Assembly: GCA_043816765.1 (NCBI GenBank)
Contig: JBDRHN010000023.1
Coordinates: 17,353 to 81,352 of the forward strand
DNA length: 64,000 bases
Source of the DNA: a bacterium
Lineage (GTDB): Bacteria > Patescibacteriota > Patescibacteriia > JBDRHN01
Reading direction: 5' to 3'
A program made the translations under genes and the position numbers. A model generated the notes under the pieces. It worked only from the letters and a program-made list of their open reading frames with translations, did no database searches and had not been told where the DNA came from. The number at the start of each line of letters is the position of its first letter. Positions within the stretch are counted from its first letter, which is position 1. Positions 1 to 9,702 of this stretch are shown piece after piece.

Positions 1-34
1 GCCTTGTTAGCATATCTGCAATTGGATCAGTCAT
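1..34 (-). CDS. rpsH: ribosomal protein S8, N-terminal fragment (gene runs off window start)
   Basis: minus-strand ATG at 32-34 translates MTDPIADMLTR, the canonical S8 N-terminus; position downstream of S14 fits spc operon order. Confidence 0.75.
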   Translation of the reverse strand, partial: MTDPIADMLTR

Positions 35-130
35 AAATTAGTTTAAAATTAAAAGTTAAAAGTTAAAAGTTATAACGTTCAAAGTTGTAAAGTAAAAAAC
101 TTTATAACTTTGAACTTTCAACTTCGCTTT

Positions 131-325
131 CTACCATGAACTCTTAGTAATGCCCGGTATCGCGCCCGTTGACGCCAATTCGCCAAAACATATTCTGCAT
201 AAATTAAATTTTCTCATATATCCGTGTTTTCTGCCGCAACGCCAACATCTTCTAACAATCCTGGAAGAAAATTTCGGTTTCTTTAACGATTTATTTGATT
301 TAACAATTTGTCCTTGTGTAGCCAT
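131..325 (-). CDS. rpsN: 30S ribosomal protein S14 type Z (zinc-binding)
   Basis: 64 aa, CxxC...CxxC motif (CWRCGRKHGYMRKFNLCRICF); operon position after L5. Confidence 0.92.
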   Translation of the reverse strand: MATQGQIVKSNKSLKKPKFSSRIVRRCWRCGRKHGYMRKFNLCRICFGELASTGAIPGITKSSW

Positions 326-340
326 ATTTAATTAAATAAT

Positions 341-955
341 TTATTTAGATGCGGATGTGTTGGGTTTAGCGCTTTGTTGAAATTTAGATTTAGCCTTTTT
401 TTCTTTTTTCAAATCTTTATTAAAAGGAAATCCCAATAACTCAAACAATAAATAACCATCATTTTTGTTCTTTGCGGTGCTTACAATCGTTACTTCCAAA
501 CCATGAATCCGCTCTACCTCATCAGAACTAATTTCAGGAAAAGACAAGTGCTCTTTAAAACCAATGTTTAAATTTCCATTAGAATCAACAACCGATGTGC
601 GCAGTCCGCGAAAATCTCTTACACGAGGCAATGTGGCATTAATTAACTTGTCAACAAAATCATACATTCGTTTATTTCGCAAAGTTACTTTCATACCGAC
701 AACTGCGCCTTTCCTTAATTTAAAATTAGAAATTGATTTTTTAGCTATAGTATTTAATGGCTTCTGTCCAGTAATTCGCGCTAGAGTATCAATAATTGCT
801 TCTTGGTATTTTGACTCTTTTGTTTTTGAGCCAAAACCAACATTTACTACCACTTTATCTAATCGCGGCGCCATTAAATTATTGCTATAATTCAACTCTT
901 TCTTTAATTTAGGCAAAATTTTTTCTTTATATTTATTTTGCAATCTTGGCATCAT
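341..955 (-). CDS. rplE: 50S ribosomal protein L5 with Lys-rich C-terminal tail
   Basis: 204 aa, L5 homology (KYKEKI...NYSNNLMAPRLDKVVVN); operon context. Confidence 0.93.
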   Translation of the reverse strand: MMPRLQNKYKEKILPKLKKELNYSNNLMAPRLDKVVVNVGFGSKTKESKYQEAIIDTLARITGQKPLNTIAKKSISNFKLRKGAVVGMKVTLRNKRMYDFVDKLINATLPRVRDFRGLRTSVVDSNGNLNIGFKEHLSFPEISSDEVERIHGLEVTIVSTAKNKNDGYLLFELLGFPFNKDLKKEKKAKSKFQQSAKPNTSASK

Positions 956-1011
956 ACTTTAAACTTTATAACTTTTTATAAACTTTTGACTTTATGGACT
1001 TTTGACTTATT

Positions 1012-1344
1012 TTATAATACTTCTTTGCATTTATTGCAAATTCTTACTTTTTGACTTTTTTCTTTTTCGTCTTTAGGCTCTAATATTTTATAATTTACTC
1101 TTGCTTCTTTGTTGCATTTCGGACAAATTAATTTAACATTAGACGCGTTTAACGGCGCTGAAAGCTCAATAATTTGACCTTTTTGCCCCTCTCCTCTTGA
1201 TTTAATATTCTTCTTCAGCAAATTAGCGCCATCAACAACAACCTTATTTTTATCTCCTTTGCAAAAAACCTGTATAACCTTTCCGGTTTTCCCCTTGTCT
1301 TTGCCTGACAATATTTTTACTTTATCATTTTTATGTATTTTCAT
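1012..1344 (-). CDS. rplX: 50S ribosomal protein L24 (KOW) with C-terminal CxxC..CxxC zinc-ribbon extension
   Basis: MKIHKNDKVKILSGKDKGKTGKV KOW motif; C-terminus CPKCNKEA...ICNKCKEV. Confidence 0.9.
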   Translation of the reverse strand: MKIHKNDKVKILSGKDKGKTGKVIQVFCKGDKNKVVVDGANLLKKNIKSRGEGQKGQIIELSAPLNASNVKLICPKCNKEARVNYKILEPKDEKEKSQKVRICNKCKEVL

Positions 1345-1371
1345 AATTTAATTTTACTAAATTTTAACATT

Positions 1372-1743
1372 CTATAACACTTCAGGCGCTAATGAAACTA
1401 TTTTTTGATATCCGCGCTCTCGCAATTCTTTTGGAATCGGACCAAAAATACGCGTCCCTTTTGGCATTTTATTTTTAGGATCAATCAAAACGCAAGCATT
1501 CTCTTCAAATTTTATATAAACTCCATTGCTTCTTCTTTTTTCCTTTACTTGGCGAACAACTACAGCATGATATATCTCCCCTTTTTTAACAGAACTGTGC
1601 GGCTGAGCCTCTATTACGCTCACTTTAATTACATCTCCAAGTTGCGCAAATCTTTTTTTGTAACCGCCAAAAATATGGAAACATCGTAATAATTTTGCTC
1701 CTGTGTTATCAGCTGATTTTAATATTGTGCATTCTTGAATCAT
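1372..1743 (-). CDS. rplN: 50S ribosomal protein L14
   Basis: MIQECTILKSADNTGAK... typical L14; ORF-track N-extension trimmed to internal ATG at 1743. Confidence 0.92.
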   Translation of the reverse strand: MIQECTILKSADNTGAKLLRCFHIFGGYKKRFAQLGDVIKVSVIEAQPHSSVKKGEIYHAVVVRQVKEKRRSNGVYIKFEENACVLIDPKNKMPKGTRIFGPIPKELRERGYQKIVSLAPEVL

Positions 1744-1784
1744 AATTTTATCTAATATTCTAAATTTTGCCGCTTTTAATTTTT

Positions 1785-2036
1785 TTAATAAATAACTTTC
1801 CATCTTTTGTCCTTGCTTAATGGACGGCATTCTATAAAATCCACCTTATCTTCTGCGTGAAATTTATTCTGCGAATCATGAACTTTGTAATTCTTGCTGG
1901 TTTTAAAATGCTTTTTATACAATGGATGAATTTTACTTGTCACAACTTTGACCGTAATAGTCTTATCCATCTTATCGCCGACAACTATTCCGCTAAAGGT
2001 TTTTTTTATTATTTTTTTTGTCTCTTTATCGCTCAT
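1785..2036 (-). CDS. rpsQ: 30S ribosomal protein S17
   Basis: 83 aa, S17 homology (TFSGIVVGDKMDKTITVKV); operon order. Confidence 0.92.
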   Translation of the reverse strand: MSDKETKKIIKKTFSGIVVGDKMDKTITVKVVTSKIHPLYKKHFKTSKNYKVHDSQNKFHAEDKVDFIECRPLSKDKRWKVIY

Positions 2037-2054
2037 ATATTTTAGTAATTACTA

Positions 2055-2240
2055 TTACTTATTACTGTTTACTAGAGTTAAAATTCTCGCAATCGTCTTT
2101 TTGGCTTCTCTTATCGCTTGAACATTCTTCAACTGTTTATTGGCGTCTTTAAAACGGATATCTCTTAATTTTTCCCGCGTAAGAGCCAATAGACGTTTCA
2201 ATTCCGCCTCCGGTTTATTTTTTAATTCTAAAATTTCCAT
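2055..2240 (-). CDS. rpmC: 50S ribosomal protein L29
   Basis: 61 aa helical, ELKNKPEAELKRLL..; between L16 and S17. Confidence 0.9.
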   Translation of the reverse strand: MEILELKNKPEAELKRLLALTREKLRDIRFKDANKQLKNVQAIREAKKTIARILTLVNSNK

Positions 2241-2244
2241 ATAT

Positions 2245-2658
2245 TTATTCTTTAATAATCACTCTAGTTCTAACGGGTAATTTGTGTCCTGCCAACGTCA
2301 AAGCCTCTTTAGCGATTTTTTCTTCAACGCCATCCATTTCAAATAAAATCGCGCCAGGCTTAACAACAGCAACATAATACTCAACAGAACCCTTGCCGCT
2401 TCCCATGGTTGACTGTTCACCCTTTTGCGTTATCGGTTTATCCGGAAAAATTCTAACCCAATACTTGCCGCCCTTTTTGGTATAACGGGTTATTACGCGC
2501 CTAGCAGCTTCAATTTGTCTTGAAGATACCCAATGGTGGCTAGTCGCTTTTAACCCATAATTTCCAAAAGCTAAATCCAACAATCTTGAAGACTGCCCAA
2601 GGTTTCGCCGCCTGCCTTTGTGCCACTTTCTGTGTTTTACTTTTTTAGGAATCAACAT
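2245..2658 (-). CDS. rplP: 50S ribosomal protein L16
   Basis: [16 protein letters not shown]... canonical L16 N-terminus. Confidence 0.95.
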   Translation of the reverse strand: MLIPKKVKHRKWHKGRRRNLGQSSRLLDLAFGNYGLKATSHHWVSSRQIEAARRVITRYTKKGGKYWVRIFPDKPITQKGEQSTMGSGKGSVEYYVAVVKPGAILFEMDGVEEKIAKEALTLAGHKLPVRTRVIIKE

Positions 2659-2661
2659 AAA

Positions 2662-3318
2662 TTATTTAAATTTCTCTCCTTTATAAATCCATACTTTTAC
2701 GCCAATAGCTCCAAAAATAGTTCTTGCTGTTCCCTTCGCATAATCAATTTTCGCCCGTATTGTCTGCAAAGGCAACTTTCCCGAGCTCAAACTTTCGCTT
2801 CTTGCTATCTCTACTCCATTTAGCCTTCCTGAAACATTAATTTTTACGCCTTTCGCGCCAGCCTTTTCAACGCGACCGATAGATTGTTTCATTACTTTTC
2901 TAAATAACACCCTCTTTTCCAGCTCAGCTATAATTCCTTGCAACACAATATTCGCATCAAGACTTGGTTTATCCACCTCTTTAACATCAATATTCAATAT
3001 ATACTTTTGACCAGTCCTGCTGGTAAATTTTTCAATAAATTTATTATATAACTCTTTTTTCAAATCTTCTATTCCAGCTCCGCCGCGACCTATAATAAGA
3101 CCGGGTTTCGCGGAATAAATAATAATATTAATATTATTGCGAAGACGTTCAATGTCTATGGCAGACATTGCGGAGTTCTTAAACTTAATTTCAAGATGAT
3201 CTCTTAATTTTACGTCTTGCTCCAATAAGACACTATAATCTTTTTTTGAAAACCAACGAGAACTCCAATTCACTGAAGCGCCTATGCGAAATAATTTTGG
3301 ATTAACTTTTCTTCCCAT
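2662..3318 (-). CDS. rpsC: 30S ribosomal protein S3
   Basis: MGRKVNPKLFRIG... KH domain GRGGAGIE. Confidence 0.95.
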   Translation of the reverse strand: MGRKVNPKLFRIGASVNWSSRWFSKKDYSVLLEQDVKLRDHLEIKFKNSAMSAIDIERLRNNINIIIYSAKPGLIIGRGGAGIEDLKKELYNKFIEKFTSRTGQKYILNIDVKEVDKPSLDANIVLQGIIAELEKRVLFRKVMKQSIGRVEKAGAKGVKINVSGRLNGVEIARSESLSSGKLPLQTIRAKIDYAKGTARTIFGAIGVKVWIYKGEKFK

Positions 3319-3366
3319 ATAATAATCATTTAAAACTTTAAACTTTTGAAATTTGAACTTTATATC

Positions 3367-3906
3367 CTATCCTGATTTCCTCTGAAACACTTTCTTTTTA
3401 AAACCCTTGTTCGCCCAATGACCTTTTGATTCCCTGTCAAACAATTTTTTGTCTTTGGCAGAAGAAACAACAGACCCGCCTTCGCCTTTAATATCTTTTT
3501 CTTTTATTTCACTTGATTTTGGCGAATCAGTGGCAACTTTTTCAGCTTTTTTAATATTTTTTAATTTTGTTGGAACTTTTTCATCTAAAACCAAATTAAT
3601 ATGGCTTGCTTTTTTTCTAATCATTGCCGCCCGCCCGAAAGCTCTTTGCGTCCATCTTTTTATGGTAATGCCGCCGTCAACTCTAATTTCTTTAATAAAT
3701 AAATTACTTTTCTGCAGACCAAAATTATTTTCACCATTGGCAATAGCCGAATTTAATAACTTTAAAACATCTTTTGCTGATCTTTTATTTAAAAAACTTA
3801 GCTGTTTCTGAGCCTCTTGCGCGTCCATTCCTTTGACTAAATTAACCACCAGCCTTACTTTTTTTGGACTAATTCTTAAATTTTTTATACTTGCTTTTAC
3901 TTGCAT
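3367..3906 (-). CDS. rplV: 50S ribosomal protein L22 with long charged C-terminal extension
   Basis: MQVKASIKNLRISPKKVRLVVNLVKGM typical L22; start trimmed to internal ATG 3906; possible longer start at 3945. Confidence 0.9.
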   Translation of the reverse strand: MQVKASIKNLRISPKKVRLVVNLVKGMDAQEAQKQLSFLNKRSAKDVLKLLNSAIANGENNFGLQKSNLFIKEIRVDGGITIKRWTQRAFGRAAMIRKKASHINLVLDEKVPTKLKNIKKAEKVATDSPKSSEIKEKDIKGEGGSVVSSAKDKKLFDRESKGHWANKGFKKKVFQRKSG

Positions 3907-3977
3907 AACTTTATTGAACGGTTTGAAAAAGCCAAACTCCGTCAAACCTGCCTCTTTTTTACAAAATGCGCCTTAAT

Positions 3978-4265
3978 TTATTTTCCTTTTGCTTTTTCCG
4001 CTTTTGCCATTTTACCGCCATGTTTTATAAACTTGCGGGTAGGCGAAAATTCACCCAATTTATGACCAACCATATTTTCAGTAATACTAACAGAAATAAA
4101 TTCTTTCCCATTATGAACGGCAAAAACAAAGCCAACCATTTCGGGAGTGATACTGCAAGCGCGCGACCACGTCTTAATCGCTGTTTTGTCGCCCTGCTTT
4201 AGATTGCCAATCTTCTTTAAAATATTTGGATCAACGAAAGGACCCTTTTTAAGACTTCTAGACAT
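3978..4265 (-). CDS. rpsS: 30S ribosomal protein S19
   Basis: [18 protein letters not shown]... canonical S19. Confidence 0.95.
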   Translation of the reverse strand: MSRSLKKGPFVDPNILKKIGNLKQGDKTAIKTWSRACSITPEMVGFVFAVHNGKEFISVSITENMVGHKLGEFSPTRKFIKHGGKMAKAEKAKGK

Positions 4266-4358
4266 AATATTTTAGTAATCGGCAACAAGTCCTTCGCAAC
4301 TATAATAATTTTAAATTTACTGATTACTGATTACTGATTACTTATTACTTATTACTTA

Positions 4359-5201
4359 TTACTTTCTCTTGCTTTTCCTTCGCGAAACAATCATCTTGCT
4401 GGAAAATTTTTTCTTTTTTCTGGTTTTAACGCCAAGCGCGCATTTTCCCCATGGTGTCTTTGGTCCTTTCAAGCCAATAGACGTATTTCCCTCTCCTCCG
4501 CCATGCGGATGATCGCATGGATTCATCGCTTTTCCTCTTACTGACGGCCTAAAACCCCTATGGCGCAATCTTCCCGCCTTGCCCCAACGAATATTTTTAT
4601 AATCAAGATTGCTAACTACTCCAACTGTGGCTAAACATTCTTTTGGTATCATGCGGATTTCGCTTGAAGGCAATTTAATGTGCGTATATTTTCCTTCTGT
4701 TCCCAGTACTTTTATGCTGGTTCCAGCCCCTCTCCCTAATTCGCCGCCCTTTCCTGAAATTAACTCAACATTATGAACAAACATTCCTGTCGGAATAAAT
4801 TCAATAGGCATTCTGTTGCCATTTTTAATTTCAATATCTTTTTTGGAAGAAATAACAACATCATTAATTTTCAAACCGTTGGTTGCTATAATATAACTTC
4901 TTTCTCCGTTTTTGTAAAGCAACCTTGCTATTCTTGCGTTTCTATTTGGATCATATTCAATCGTTTCAATTTTTGCTGGAATATCAAATATATCCTGCTT
5001 AAAATCAATTAAACGAATTCGTCTTTTCGCTCCGCCCCCGCGATGCCTGATTGTAATCTTTCCGCTTGAATTGCGACCAGCCTTTCTTTTCTTTGCTATA
5101 GTTAATTTTTTTAATGGCGAGGCAATTGTGATATCGCTAAAATCATCAACGTTTGAAATGCGACGACCTGGCGATGTTGGCTTGTATCTCTTAATTCCCA
5201 T
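4359..5201 (-). CDS. rplB: 50S ribosomal protein L2
   Basis: MGIKRYKPTSPGRR... and C-terminal GGGEGNTSIG; ORF-track N-extension trimmed. Confidence 0.93.
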   Translation of the reverse strand: MGIKRYKPTSPGRRISNVDDFSDITIASPLKKLTIAKKRKAGRNSSGKITIRHRGGGAKRRIRLIDFKQDIFDIPAKIETIEYDPNRNARIARLLYKNGERSYIIATNGLKINDVVISSKKDIEIKNGNRMPIEFIPTGMFVHNVELISGKGGELGRGAGTSIKVLGTEGKYTHIKLPSSEIRMIPKECLATVGVVSNLDYKNIRWGKAGRLRHRGFRPSVRGKAMNPCDHPHGGGEGNTSIGLKGPKTPWGKCALGVKTRKKKKFSSKMIVSRRKSKRK

Positions 5202-5206
5202 ATTTT

Positions 5207-5704
5207 TTATATCCCTTCGTAAATTTGTATACTTTTGCCTTTTGGTAGAGTAATAATAGCTTTTTTCCAATCTTTTCTTTTTCCATAAACTCTTCCGAAA
5301 CGAACTTTTTTACCTTGAGCATTGATTATATTAACTTTAATAGGTTTAATTCCATATACAGCTTCAATCGCTTTTTTAATCTCAGGCTTATTCGCTCTTT
5401 TGCTAACTATAAAAATATATTGATTCATCTTTCCCGCCTCTGCGGCTTTCTCGCTAATCAATGGTTTGATTAAAACTTTATAAGCATCTTTTGTGTTTTC
5501 TTTCAACTCTTTTTTTGATTCTTTCTTTGCTTCCTTGCTGCTGGATTCTTTTAACAATTCTTTCTTTGTCTCTTTTGCGCCATCTTTTGCTTTATCATCC
5601 TTTTTTGGCTCAACCTCAATAATAGAAGCCTTTTTTTTTGCCTCTTTTTCTTCATCTTTGCCTTTAAACTTTAACGATTTTAATGTTTTATTTAAAAAAC
5701 CCAT
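5207..5704 (-). CDS. rplW: 50S ribosomal protein L23 with Lys/Glu-rich N-terminal extension
   Basis: core YKVLIKPLISEKAAEAGKMNQYIFIV..; 70-aa KE-rich N-terminus; true start uncertain. Confidence 0.85.
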   Translation of the reverse strand: MGFLNKTLKSLKFKGKDEEKEAKKKASIIEVEPKKDDKAKDGAKETKKELLKESSSKEAKKESKKELKENTKDAYKVLIKPLISEKAAEAGKMNQYIFIVSKRANKPEIKKAIEAVYGIKPIKVNIINAQGKKVRFGRVYGKRKDWKKAIITLPKGKSIQIYEGI

Positions 5705-5785
5705 TTTTGAAATTGTTATATAATTATATTGCTAATTAATTTTAGGACTTCCGCGTTTTTTGTTAAAATTTCAGAAATCAACTCA

Positions 5786-6526
5786 TTATTTTGCCGCCGG
5801 CTTCAGATAAGTCTTTTCAATCACTTTTAAACTATCCAACGGCATAATTAAATATTTATATTTCAACACATCAACAACATTCAAACTATCTGCCTTAATA
5901 ATTTCTATGTTTTTTAAGTTTCGCGCTGACAAAAGAATCGGCTCCTGTTTTTGGGGAATTATTATCAAAGATTTGGCAATTTCTTTGATTTCCAACATAT
6001 TTTTCTCAGCTTGTTTATTATTTAATTTCTTGTCTTTGGCTTTATTTATCGGTTTGATTTTTTTAACTTTTGTTTCAAAAACTGGCAATTTTTTTAAAAT
6101 ATCAAGAAGTCTTCCTGTCTTAGCCTTGTCTATATCCAAATCTTTAAGCAAAATAATCCAACCGCTTTTAGCCTTGTCGCTTAAACACATAAACAGAGCT
6201 TTTTTCTTCATCTTCTTATTAATCTGTTTTGTAAAATTCCTTGTGTTGCGCGGTCCGAATGTGACCCCTCCGCCTACCCATAACGGCGAACGAATAGAAC
6301 CATGCCTTGCTCGCCCAGTCCCTTTTTGCTTCCAAGGTTTTTTACCTCCGCCGCGCACTTCTCCGCGATCTTTTGTGTGCGCTAATATCTGCCTGGCATT
6401 CGCCAATTGAGCCTCCGCCGCTTGATGAACTAATCCGATGTTTAATTCAATATCAAAAATATTCGGATTTAATTCTATATCCTCAACAACTTCGCCATTT
6501 ATATTGTAAACTTTTGTCTTATTCAT
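5786..6526 (-). CDS. rplD: 50S ribosomal protein L4
   Basis: GGGKKPWKQKGTGRARHGSIRSPLWVGGG motif; start trimmed to 6526. Confidence 0.92.
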   Translation of the reverse strand: MNKTKVYNINGEVVEDIELNPNIFDIELNIGLVHQAAEAQLANARQILAHTKDRGEVRGGGKKPWKQKGTGRARHGSIRSPLWVGGGVTFGPRNTRNFTKQINKKMKKKALFMCLSDKAKSGWIILLKDLDIDKAKTGRLLDILKKLPVFETKVKKIKPINKAKDKKLNNKQAEKNMLEIKEIAKSLIIIPQKQEPILLSARNLKNIEIIKADSLNVVDVLKYKYLIMPLDSLKVIEKTYLKPAAK

Positions 6527-6613
6527 AATAATTAGTCGAAAGTCTGTAAAGTTGAAGGTCAATAAAGTCCTTAATGTTCAAAAGCCAGTGACTTTTTATA
6601 GACTTTATAGACT

Positions 6614-7225
6614 CTATAAACTAATCTCCACCAGTCCATTCCTTGCGCCTGGAACTGCTCCTTTTATAAAAATTATATTTTTATCTTTATCTATTTCTAT
6701 TACTTTTAAATTTTTAACAGTAATACGTTTATCTCCCATATGCCCAGGCATTCTCATTCCCTTAAAAACTCGAGCGGGACCTGTGGCTCCTATGGAACCA
6801 GGCATTCTTAATTGATCTTTGTGTCCATGAGAAGCCGGACTTCCTGAAAATCCATGTCTTCTAACTACCCCCTGAAACCCCTTACCCTTAGAAATTCCTG
6901 ATACTTGAACCATATCGCCAATTTCAAAATTTTCAACACTAATTTTATCACCCCGTTTCAATCCTTCTTTGTTGTCAAAATTATCAATCCTAAATTCTCT
7001 CAAATATCTAAACTTATCCAAATCTTTTAAGTGCCCAGTTTCTGGTTTGTTCAACTTATTTTTAGTCAAAAAACCAATCTGAATAGCGTTGTAACCATCC
7101 TTTTTGGTTGTCCTTATTTGAGTAATAACACACGGACCGACCAATACCGCAGTCACAGGAACAACTGTTCCATCATCCACAAATTTCTGCGTCATCTCTA
7201 ATTTTTTACCTAAGATAAATTTCAT
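6614..7225 (-). CDS. rplC: 50S ribosomal protein L3
   Basis: MKFILGKKLEMTQKFVDDGTVVPVT... L3 homology. Confidence 0.94.
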   Translation of the reverse strand: MKFILGKKLEMTQKFVDDGTVVPVTAVLVGPCVITQIRTTKKDGYNAIQIGFLTKNKLNKPETGHLKDLDKFRYLREFRIDNFDNKEGLKRGDKISVENFEIGDMVQVSGISKGKGFQGVVRRHGFSGSPASHGHKDQLRMPGSIGATGPARVFKGMRMPGHMGDKRITVKNLKVIEIDKDKNIIFIKGAVPGARNGLVEISL

Positions 7226-7469
7226 AATTTAGAGTAAATTAAAAACCAGAAACTTGTTTATATTTTTTAATATAAACAAGTTTCCAGTCCTTAAAATTTT
7301 AAACATTCAAAACTGTCAAAAGTTTTATTTTAAGTTTTTGTCTGTTTTCAAAATCTCCTTATCCAATCTATCTCTAAACAAAGTTTTTCACTTTCATTTA
7401 CACTTCAATTGATCTAGTGACTTCTCTTTGTTTTTTAAAAGATTAGTTTTTATCAAATATATTTTAATT

Positions 7470-7814
7470 TTACATTTTTATCTCTACATCAACTCCGGCA
7501 GGTAAATTCAAACTCATTAAATTATCAACTGTTTGCGACGTCGGATCAATAATATCAATCAGTCTTTTGTGGATTCTCATTTCATACTGATCGCGCGCGT
7601 CTTTGTGCACAAATGTTGATCGCATAACTGTATATTTACGCTTTTTGGTCGGCAAAGGAATCGGACCGCAAACTTTTGCCGCCGTTCTTTTGGCTGTTTC
7701 AATAATCGTATTGGTAGATTGATCTATGATCTTATGATCATAAGCCTTAATTTTAATTCTAATCCTCTGGTGATTGTCTTCTGCGTTTTCTTGTTCTTGT
7801 TTATTGTCCGGCAT
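7470..7814 (-). CDS. rpsJ: 30S ribosomal protein S10
   Basis: [17 protein letters not shown]...S10 homology; first gene of S10 operon. Confidence 0.94.
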   Translation of the reverse strand: MPDNKQEQENAEDNHQRIRIKIKAYDHKIIDQSTNTIIETAKRTAAKVCGPIPLPTKKRKYTVMRSTFVHKDARDQYEMRIHKRLIDIIDPTSQTVDNLMSLNLPAGVDVEIKM

Positions 7815-7894
7815 CTTTATTTGAGTAATCGCAATCAGTAACTAGTAATTTTAAAATTACCGTTTACTAGTTACTGATTACTGATTACTTAATT

Positions 7895-9085
7895 TTACTT
7901 CAAAATTTTAGTTACCGCGCCGGCGCCGACTGTGTGTCCGCCCTCGCGAATAGCAAATCTCATCTGCTCTTCCATCGCAACCGGAGCAATCAATTTAATA
8001 ACCAGATTAACAGTATCACCAGGCATAACCATTTCAGTGCCTTCAGGCAAAACAACTTCTCCTGTCACATCTGTTGTTCTTACATAAAATTGAGGTTTGT
8101 AGCCTTTAAAAAACGGTTTGTGACGTCCGCCTTCGTCTTTTGTTAAAACATAAACTTGCGCCTCAAATTCGGTATGCGGCGTAATTGATCCCGGTTTAGC
8201 CAAAACTTGTCCCCGTTCTACTTCATCTTTCTTTGTTCCGCGAAGCAATACTCCTGCGTTATCGCCAGCCCTTCCTTCATCCAAAGATTTGTTAAACATT
8301 TCAATGCCTATTACTGTTGTCTTTTGCGTATCGCGCAAACCGACAATTTCTACTTCGTTGTTTATATTGACAACCCCTCTTTCAATTCTTCCTGTCACAA
8401 CAGTGCCGCGGCCTTCAATCGAAAAAATATCTTCAATCGGCATCAAGAAATCTTTTTCAACATCGCGTTTTGGCTCTGGGATAAAAGTGTCTAGAGCATT
8501 CATTAAATCTAAAATTGGTTTAGATGCCGCGTCATCATCCGGACTTTCTAACGCTTTTAGCGCCGAACCTCTGATAAACGGAGTATCTTCCCTTAAAAGT
8601 TCATATTTTTTAAGCAAATCTTTAATTTCTTCTTCTACCAAATCAATTAATTCAGCATCCTGAACTTGATCAACTTTGTTGATAAAAACAACAATATAAG
8701 GCACTCCAACCTGTTTTGCGAGCAAAATATGCTCTCTTGTCTGAGGCATAGGTCCGTCAGTGGCTGAAACCACTAAAATTGCTCCATCCATTTGGGCAGC
8801 GCCTGTGATCATGTTTTTAACATAATCCGCGTGTCCTGGACAATCAACATGGGCATAGTGTCTGTTTGCCGTTTGATACTCAACATGAGATGTATTAATA
8901 GTAATACCGCGCTCCTTTTCTTCAGGAGCATTGTCAATTTGATCAACGCTTTTGTTTTGCGCTATAAATCCTTTTGCGGATAAAACCTTTAGAATAGCCG
9001 CCGTTAACGTTGTCTTGCCATGATCAACATGGCCGATTGTGCCCACATTAATATGCGGTTTGCTTCTGTCAAATTGTTCTGCCAT
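7895..9085 (-). CDS. tuf: elongation factor Tu
   Basis: [15 protein letters not shown]1 motif, full-length EF-Tu; AAAGGAGAT SD upstream of ATG at 9085. Confidence 0.97.
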   Translation of the reverse strand: MAEQFDRSKPHINVGTIGHVDHGKTTLTAAILKVLSAKGFIAQNKSVDQIDNAPEEKERGITINTSHVEYQTANRHYAHVDCPGHADYVKNMITGAAQMDGAILVVSATDGPMPQTREHILLAKQVGVPYIVVFINKVDQVQDAELIDLVEEEIKDLLKKYELLREDTPFIRGSALKALESPDDDAASKPILDLMNALDTFIPEPKRDVEKDFLMPIEDIFSIEGRGTVVTGRIERGVVNINNEVEIVGLRDTQKTTVIGIEMFNKSLDEGRAGDNAGVLLRGTKKDEVERGQVLAKPGSITPHTEFEAQVYVLTKDEGGRHKPFFKGYKPQFYVRTTDVTGEVVLPEGTEMVMPGDTVNLVIKLIAPVAMEEQMRFAIREGGHTVGAGAVTKILK

Positions 9086-9174
9086 TTTTTTATCTCCTTT
9101 GAGCGACACCCCATTTTTGGAGTTTTGTATCCAATCGCCTTTATTTAATTATTTAATAAAAAATATTAATTTTC

Positions 9175-9492
9175 TTACTCATCCTCATCATCAACCGGCT
9201 CAAAATAATATTCATCTTCTTCTTCTTCTGTTTCTCTGATATTGTGAACAAAATTATCGCCCGCAACATCACTTTCGCCATATTCTTGCATGCTTTTCCA
9301 AATAGCTATATCACGATTTATTTTAGTCAATAATTCCTCTTCTGTCAAACCTTTCACATCTTTGCCGCTATTTATAACCTTTTCATATTCAGACAAACCC
9401 ATAATAACAAATTGCGGATCGATCTGCTCGTTCACAACTATAATATTCTCTCCTCTTGATAATAACTTTGTAATTTTCGCTAAATTATTCAT
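9175..9492 (-). CDS. hypothetical protein, acidic C-terminal tail; weak Phd/YefM-like N-terminal segment
   Basis: 105 aa; NIIVVNEQIDPQFVIMGLSEYEKV resembles YefM core; EEEEDEYYFEPVDDEDE tail; no partner toxin. Confidence 0.5.
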   Translation of the reverse strand: MNNLAKITKLLSRGENIIVVNEQIDPQFVIMGLSEYEKVINSGKDVKGLTEEELLTKINRDIAIWKSMQEYGESDVAGDNFVHNIRETEEEEDEYYFEPVDDEDE

Positions 9493-9702
9493 AGCTGTAT
9501 TGTCTTAAAATAAATCAAAATTAAATATCAATTTTTTTATACCGCGATAAAACAATAAAGTGCGCATATTATATTACAACGATTTTAAAAAGTCAAATTA
9601 TTTAAACGCTTTTTCATGACTTATCCACAACCAAGGACTTGAGAGAAAATAACTTGTTCAAATTATTTTAAATATTTTATCCGCAATCAAAGCCTAAACT
9701 TT

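Noticed and set aside
1372-1830. Long ORF-track start sites for rplN, rplB, rplD, rplV, tuf, groL, purP-like, tsaE, trpA, GxxExxY, ftsH, metK
   Set aside because: The track extends to the furthest upstream start (including TTG/GTG). Conserved N-termini (MIQ.., MGIKRY.., [11 protein letters not shown].., MSKIIKF.. and others) and read-through into repeats show internal ATGs are the real starts, so coordinates were trimmed.
9509-9702. Shared CTTGAGAGAAAATAA motif (also 12630-12650) and TTAGGACTTCCGC(A/G)TTTTTTGTTAAAAT motif (5744-5775, 24298-24330, 32117-32140)
   Set aside because: Clearly repeated, but too short and too few copies to assign function. Orientation relative to neighbouring genes is inconsistent with a simple promoter model. 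Noted only.
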